From Bugula neritina (lineage: Eukaryota > Animalia > Bryozoa), in the NCBI GenBank assembly GCA_964035545.1, contig OZ037765.1:21823504-21887503 (forward strand): 64,000 nucleotides of DNA, given 5' to 3'. The notes beneath the pieces are model-generated. The model was not told the origin of the DNA. It made no database searches and saw only the letters and a list, made by a program, of their open reading frames with translations. This document shows, one piece after another, positions 52,348 to 64,000 of this stretch (position 1 is its first letter; each line of letters opens with the position of its first letter). A program made the translations under genes and the position numbers.

Positions 52348-55300
52348 CTATTGCTTCTTCTTTTGTGTTCCATTTGCCACTGTAAAAGAAAACCAAATGC
52401 ATTATTTGTCATTCGCATTTGATCTATATTCTATATAGATAACAGAATTGTTTAAATTGTTGTCCCCCAACTAGTTGCTCGGTTAAAACAGGTCTGGCAC
52501 ATGTATTTATGCAGTAATAAAATATGTTGAAATATCTTGGCCCCATTTCAAATACAACTTTTCATGAGTTGTAAATTTAGTGTTTTATGCCGATACCAAG
52601 TTTAATTTTTATTACATTTTAGATAATTAGTAAAAAATTATTATGGTTCAGCAAATATAGCCAGCTAGAACTTTTTTGCTTCAATAATTATTGATTTATT
52701 ATCACAGAGAATGGATGGATTAATTCTAAAGAAATCTTCTGTTGGATAAATATTTCACCATTTTAGGAGTTTGGCATAAAAAGAATTACACAACTAAAGT
52801 GCATAGGTACTCAACTCTGAAACTGATGGCCAAGATGTTTCTAAATACTTTATTACTACAAAAATGTAACTGTGAGACTTGCTTTAGGATATGCCCTCTG
52901 TTAGTATTGATGTTAGTAAGATTTGATCTATTGTACAGTGTGGGGGCAGTGAGTGAAGACTGTTGAAAAATGGTGATTACCTTTGACAGACTTTTTAGCC
53001 TGGTGTGTTTCTGCAGGTGACGAATCTTTGCTACGCTTTACTTGGAAATTTATAAAGTTCCATGTCATCCATGCTTGCAGGAGGCAAATGCCAACTGAAC
53101 TAGAGACTCTGCAATAATATTAACACCAGAATATTATTGTTTATTTCATGAATCATCCAGCATTTCCTCTCAAAAGCATTTACTTTTGCTCACATTGAAT
53201 TGCCTAATAAAACATCATTACAACTAAATCAATTTGTTAATTACGATGTGCATTCAATACCTTGGAATTATTCCTGTGCTAGTTGTGGGGTTTTCTGCAT
53301 GAACCTGACCAAATCCGAACCAGAAAGTGATGGCAGTTATTACAACAGTGGCAAACCTTGCACCCGCAAACAGTAAACTCCACAGCCGAAATCTAAAAAT
53401 GTATAATTGAATTGCAAAATCTGCATGAAAATAACGTGTGTACAAATAAATTCCTTAAAAAGAAACTTGTTTCTGGTTACGAACAGGGTATGTGAAATGG
53501 TTGTCTCATTCAAACAAATAGCATAAGCCTGTGAAATTATCTTTGGCTGGTCAATGATAGTTAAGGGAAGGGGAGATAATTACAGCTGTGCTATATAATA
53601 CTATAAGTGCAAATTTCATTTGTTTCCACTTGTTCAATTTTTGCACAGTATAAAAGAACTTGCTATAAGCTCAGCACTAGTTAGGCCAATTGAAATGTAC
53701 CAGAGTGAGTAATTTCTATCAATTGTATTTAGCAGCATGGTACACTATTCAATTTCTCTCCAGCATGTTAAATTAACAACTAAGTAAATCAGCTGCTCTT
53801 GAATAATAACTTATGAGTTTGTGATAAATATTGCATTGCTTTTTAATTTGATAATATTCTCACATATGCTAGATTTCAGTACTTATAAAACAATGAAAGG
53901 TGGTGACGTGTTGAACATACCCTCCTTGTGCAAGATCAGTTTTGTCAAACAAGTATAACATTTTAGCCATATGGAAGATGCCTTCAACTAAGTAATGCAG
54001 GGCCAGGAGAACCATCATCACCCTTTGATAGCTACAAACAAATGGAAATGTAGAACTGTCAGCTCCTTAGAATTGCATAGTATTGCAATGCTAAACCCAA
54101 CAATTTTAATTCAAAATAATTATAATTAGATAATATAATGAATATTATGTTTCATAAAAATTTCAACATGAAAAAATTAATGGATTTCATTAGCACTGTA
54201 GGGATTTCAAACCACTATTGATAAATATATATATATATATATAAGATAAAAAGCAATGATTTCTAGAACTTACTGCAGCACATATCCAAGAACAATGCTT
54301 ATTAGGTAAAGAGAGGCATATTGAATTTTTGCAGGCATATCTTCCTACAAATACAATTTGTGAAATATATTGAAGCTGAAAGTGCTTCTTGGAGAATAAC
54401 CAAGAGTGTGAAAACAATGAAGACATCCTAAAAAGCTCTATTTTTAATACTGATTGTCAAAAACTAATATAATATGATATAGCATGTTTTGTACTGTAGC
54501 ATTGTACTAAGAGTAAACGTTGTATTGCAGCAACTTCCTACTTCATTTACGCAAAGACATAGGGCACAAAGCTCACCTTTTTAGTTTTACAAAGATAAAG
54601 TTCAGGGAACACATGCACCCAGTACGATATCTGAAGGATGTAAAAAAGTTTGTGTAGCCAAGGCATTGCAATGTGCTCATCGGGATAGCCATTCCAAAAG
54701 CTGCTGAAAAACTTCACATATCCTTTTTCAGCAGACTGTAATGAAGAAATTAAGTTTATCATTACTCACTTTCCAAACATGCTGAATATGCACATCGTCT
54801 TACTCACAGCTCACTGAAGTTGCATGACTATAGCAAGTAGAAGATTTCAAAATTTTAAAAAAATATTCTAAGCTTTAGCTGTTACTTGGCTGGCTAACTT
54901 ATACTCAAGTTTAATGCCAATGCACTTTAAACATTTCCAATACAGTTTTGTAGCATCTCAACATTAAATTTAATCTACCTGATTGAAACTTCCATAAAAT
55001 AACAAAATAAAAAATACCGTGGACGTGTCTGTATTTAGCCACCTAATTTGGTATGTTCGGATGATAATGTGAGGATTTGCCCAAACAAGCATTAATACAA
55101 ACTATAACACTAAAAAAAGAGTAGTTCTAATAAAAAATTCCTTATTATTTAATTACTTGGTTGTATCGGCATTCTCAACTAAACACTAATTTTTGTGAGC
55201 CCTGTAATTTTTTGAAAAAATACCGAAGTTAAAAACCAATCTACTGAGAAAATATAGTTCAAGTAAAATTCAAACAAATAGTAGATCTACAATTCACTAA

Positions 55301-58300
55301 CCTCCCAGATCAAGTTAGCAGCAAAGATGAATGAGAAAGCATAAAAGGCCAACAGTTGCCCAGACTCATTGAATTTTGAAAATTTCACCTTTGACAGATG
55401 CAACTTCTTGTTGAATTTCTAAAGGATAACAAAAAGAAATTCATGAAACATTGAATAAACTTGATATTACAGAACTTATTTTATAAATAAATTACTTATC
55501 TCTAATACAAAATATTTCATGGATTACGAATGCATACGAATTACAGTAATAGTTGATTGATAGATTAGCACAAATTCACCAATTTGTTTTATCAATTGAA
55601 AAGAATATTCTTAAGCAAAGTATGACATTCATAAAGGTAAAAACTCTTGTTTGTTTGACCTAACTTAATATCATTAAACAATTGCTATATTTATCCACTA
55701 TTTTTTGAAGTTGCCATGAAGTAATAATAATTAGTACATACATCCAAGCAAAATTCCTGAATGATGGCATGAGCCAAAATCATAACGAGTGTGTAAAAAA
55801 ACACAGCAAGTAGATCTTTGGGACCAGGTCTGAACAAAACCAAATCATTTCCATTAACTCCCATTTCTAAAAAATCAACAAATGAAACTTAAATACTTAT
55901 CTGGCAGAATACTAAAGTCACTTATTGTTGAAAACTGAAGTACAATGCTTCACAGTAAGAATCACTGAATTGAAACTGAATTTAAAAAAGTTATATTTCA
56001 ATGGTAATAATGAGCATATCATAGGACATAGGTCATAGAGCATAAAAGAACATAGAGAAATTAATTTCTTAAAATTAGAATTTTTTACAAATATATTCCA
56101 AAGATAAAATGTAATGATTAATTTTTTTTATACTACCAAGTACCAACTAAGTCACTGCATCAAGAGTGTGTTTAAAAACAGCTAGTTTCATTCTTGACAA
56201 ATAAGTTTAAATATCAACCTAAGAAAAAGTCTTCTAGCATTATCATTTAAGTAACAATATTCTATATATATTTTTATATAGAAACCAGTGAATAAAATGT
56301 GCATTACGCACTTGAAACGAAATTTGCAATCAATGGCATTTGATGTGTTAAAACAGTTAAAAAATTAATAGAATAATGTTAAAACATCATACACACCTGG
56401 ATATGTAACATTATGAGAAATGGCAATAAAGCTAGATGCAAGAGGATGAAAAGCCTGCAAAATAAAAAAATAAATCAAAACATGAAAGATAATTAGTAGA
56501 AACTGGTTGAAAGCTTACAGGGAATACATACCCTAAAAATTAATTGCTATAATTTATTACTGCAATTTGCATGCAATGTGAGATGAATAATTATGTTAAT
56601 TTAGGGAAATGAGAACAGAAGAGAAATTTTTACAAAATATGTATTATATATCATTATTATTATTGCACAATATTTAGGTTGTTTGACTGCATACCATCTT
56701 CAACGGTAGAAGTTATACCATAACTATGTTCTTTGACTTTTTATTTACAAGTTGATTTTTATAGATAAAATGATCTACTACCAGCAACTTAGGACTATTA
56801 ATTGTTTAGCAATATTAATATAGATTCTATAGAATACCATATTATATGCAAAATACTATAAAAGGCATTACATAATAATAAAATAACAACCATAGACTAA
56901 AATTGAATATAGACAAATACCCTATTGAGGACAGTTTGTATTTTCTGCTTACTAGTAGGGTAATTCTTAAAATTAATTCTCAATACTTTTTTATCAGATG
57001 GTAAATTTTTGCCATCATGAATCTATGCTCATCAAGTAATCATAATTAGTAATACTATTAGTTTATAAAAGTTTGCAATATACATGTCTGAAAATACAAT
57101 ATGATTAAGATTTACACACACTCACAGGGTTGACTACTTAATCTTATGCTGCAGCCTAGAAATAATTATTATAAGTAATACTAATTACCATAAATTTAAA
57201 TTGATCAATATTGAAACATCAACCATTCTTAAATTAACATTCAATTTGATTTTTATGCCTGCCAACTTAAATTTTGGATAGTGATACTGATATTATTAGT
57301 CACATAAAGTTTAGGTTCACATAAAAAATTCATATCAATACTTGTTTAATATCACTATCAGTAAGTATTTCAAACTATCATCATCATGAGATGAGTATCA
57401 TCATTGTCATGCATCACACTTAGGTTGATGAACTCTACTCTTAGCTTCACTACTCAGTATTACTATTAGCATTACATTTTGATTTTCTATTTGAGTATTT
57501 CAATTTGTAACAAGTATCATGATTATGATTTACCATTACTATTATAATTATTATAATAATACTGGTATTCTTGAGTAATAGTAATAGACTAATACTAATA
57601 GTAATACCAATAGTAATACTCATACTAATTTTAGTTATTAGACTTAGTAACAGTTATTACTTATAATAATAATAATGAATTATATTCTAATTTATAATCA
57701 TTATTACCATTAATATTACTAATAGTAACACTATTACTATTAGTATTACTAATAGTAATACTATTACTATTTCTATTAGTATTGTTATTACTATTACTAT
57801 TAGTTATATTATTAGTATTACTATTAGTATTACTTTTAGTTTTAGTCAGATCAGATGAGATTACAACAAAATATGATTAATATTATTATTATAGAATAAC
57901 TTTGTTAATGAGAATACTCTCAGATGAAGAGCGCCATGAAACGCTTTCATCTGCTTATGATGAACTATTAAATTCAAATCGGTTAATAAACACTCGATCT
58001 GCTAAGAGAGGAGAACCAACATCAATTTCTGCATCCTCACAGACCTTTCACAACAGTTTTCTCCCTCGAAGCATCAGAGATTTGAGGATACCACCTCATA
58101 ACACAAACTCAGCTTAGCTATGTGCTAAAACCCCTTTACATTACAATTAAAATATCCAAACTTAGCTACATGCTAGAACAGATACATTTCAACACATGGT
58201 AAACCCAAACAAAAACAACATAAGAGGCACTCATAATTTTGCGCCTGTAAGTGTAGGTGTTAGCAGAGTGTTCTAATTTTTACGAGGTGAGTTACGAGGT

Positions 58301-58548
58301 GAGTTATCATTATATAACAAGTAACAACTAAACTTGGTAATAATCAACTCAGATTACAATAATTATAAAAGTTTAAGGAGTAAGGAGTAAGCCGTAACTT
58401 AAGGATTAAAATTTAATTTTAATCTTACCTCAACCATTAAACCAGCCATGAACACCATAGCTATTACAGCCACGATATCTGCATGGTTTTGTATAATAAA
58501 TTCATGACTCATAATTGGAGGACTCTTTTTCTTTCCTTTAGGTGCCAT
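52348..58548 (-). CDS. TRAM1: Translocating chain-associated membrane protein (TLC domain); exons about 58429-58548, 56397-56454, 55743-55867, 55302-55418, 54578-54735, 54274-54344, 53921-54031, 53261-53393, 52981-53109, 52348-52379
   Basis: [68 protein letters not shown]. The last exon is less certain. Confidence 0.95.
57915..58330 (+). mobile_element. 5'-truncated LINE (CR1/L2-group-like) 3' end in TRAM1 intron 1
   Basis: NTRS...[15 protein letters not shown] resembles the S-F-F-P-R-T-I-R-D-W tail of CR1/L2-group ORF2, followed by a 3'UTR-like segment ending in short TAACAA repeats. Confidence 0.65.
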
Positions 58549-60149
58549 GTCTTTGATTTAAAGTTGACGCGAGCCAAAAAGTATAACTTGACGAGCAAAT
58601 GATTATAACAGTACTCAACAGAGGCAGCTGCGCTGAACTGAAATGAAAAAGCCGATCAATGAATATGTGTACAGGAAGTTGTTGTTAAACCATTAGTGAC
58701 ACATGCGCTCAAGAACTCGCGCTATGCTTGCCTTAGAACTATTTCCCGACGTGAAGACAATTCCGTTTAAATACAAAGAGTTTTAAAAGGCAGATATTAC
58801 ACTGTTTACAATTACATGTACCCACTATCAAAATCTACTCTCTGACAAAAAATAATTAAGAAGAACAAGCAAGGTTTTAGGTGAAAGTCATGCAAATAAT
58901 GTCCCATAAAGAAAGATCAACTACTAGCTACGAGCATAACAAAGCTGACTTGTGTTGCTATGAGATCCTGTTGTCCAAAAGTTTTTGAAACAAGGTCGAG
59001 TAGTTTGGTTCTGTTGAAAGTATTAGGGAGGTCAAGGCTCAACTAGAGCAGCAGTCTCTCAAAAGTGTAATTAATCACAGACTAGTACTCTTGATGAGAA
59101 TATTTTATTTGAATTTCCACCATAAGGGTCTGGTCTCAGACTAAGATGATATCAAAACCAATTGTATTCTAACCACTATGACTGCTCAATCCTACAGAGC
59201 CTAGCTTCTTAATATATTATAACTAAAGCAAATCATCTGGTCAACAACTAACTTTTAGGACTCATGAATATGACTGATGTGTAACTATTAACACGTATTC
59301 CTGTCACCATATCCCATCAACAGAATTTCAATTGTTTTGACCATCTAAATTCTAGCAACTCACTTGCAAAAGCAGTCAACTACTAGTGGTTGGCAGTTGA
59401 AGCTGTTAAAAGAACTGATCATACTATATGATACTAAACCTATACCATCCTTAACTTATATTGATTGAACGAACTGGTACTTAATCAATAGCAAAGTGAA
59501 GGGGTGCAAGTTATTCAGGTAGATAACTTCAAGAATTGATAGTTACTGTGTTGTTATATTGAATATATTTTTAATTACAAGTTTATGTGCGTAGCAATGC
59601 AAATATATATTATTAAATTACTAGGCAGAATGTTACAAAGTTTGCATCATTACTATTGATCTTGTACCAAAATATTTTTATCATGTAACAGCTTTTAACT
59701 TAGAAATATAAATAGCATTGACGAAAGAGGAAGATATACCTACAAAAAGTCATCAAGGGGCATATTTGCCATACAGCTTATAAGCATTAATATATAATAT
59801 GAAGCAGAACAAATTTGTTCTTTAGCTGCAGGTGTATTATATAATGGTGTTAATAGGATAATAAGAGAAACACAAAACCTTATAGTGCTACATACACACC
59901 ACAATTAGTAGTGTATCAAATAATAATTTGTAACGTAAGAAAAAATAACATTTACAGTCAATTTAAAGATATAGGACGATTTTCATGCTGCTTTCAGTGG
60001 ATAGATCCCTGGCTCAAGTATGGTAAGGGAAAACTCTCCAGTACTCTACATAGCGCATTGAACAAGTGACCAGACACATGAAAGAAGTATCATTATAGTA
60101 AATAAGGATCTGTCACTGATTGATTCAACTAAGAATGAGTTAGTGTGGC

Positions 60150-63621
<3,472 letters not shown>

Positions 63622-64000
63622 ATTGCCGTTGGATAAATCTAAAAGTACAGAAAGAATATACACTAAGGTCAATCTTTCAAGGAATACTTAGCCCAAGTTT
63701 TTTCCCACTCCATCAAGGAAGTTAGAACAGGAAGCTTAAGTAGGTGAAACACTTACTCACACATAGCACATATACACAGAAAAAAACGGCTCATCAAATA
63801 ACCTTTATCTATTGTCATCTCACCGAGTGTGCTACGATTATCTCTAGCCAAAATAGAAAACTAGGTTCAGTTTTAAAATTGTATGAATGTTGAGGACAAA
63901 CCCCCAACAAGTCAGTCTGTTACGAAACCAGCCATATTAGTTTGAAAATTCACAACTGTACAGTAGCAAAATCCTAACTCAACACCTAACCCAAATAAAA

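Overview
AT-rich, intron-containing animal (probably invertebrate) genomic DNA with compact genes. Left to right: staufen (5' part, -), head-to-head with RNPS1 (+); a diverged local tandem duplication (~9.1-25.5 kb vs ~26.3-33.1 kb). Each unit carries a 6-exon CCCH zinc-finger gene (+), largely missed by the ORF track, facing the 3' end of a GDSAG/HGGG esterase (-), which is a pseudogenic fragment in unit 1 and full-length in unit 2. Then cyclin T (-) head-to-head with KANSL2 (+), TRAM1 (-) and ARF6 (-). Mobile DNA: a truncated Ty3/Gypsy element with one LTR and a PBS, a degenerate Tc1 element, three non-autonomous DNA elements whose empty sites are visible in the paralogous unit, and LINE 3' relics. 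Most notable: (1) the CCCH paralogs have intact frames but exons more diverged than neighbouring intron DNA, with changes concentrated in the finger loops; (2) three U12-type introns (cyclin T, KANSL2, ARF6); (3) TA-rich, triplet-periodic tracts just downstream of the 5' end of every housekeeping gene visible here; (4) cyclin T-KANSL2 adjacency, as in human. All exon structures were read by eye and need RNA-seq confirmation.
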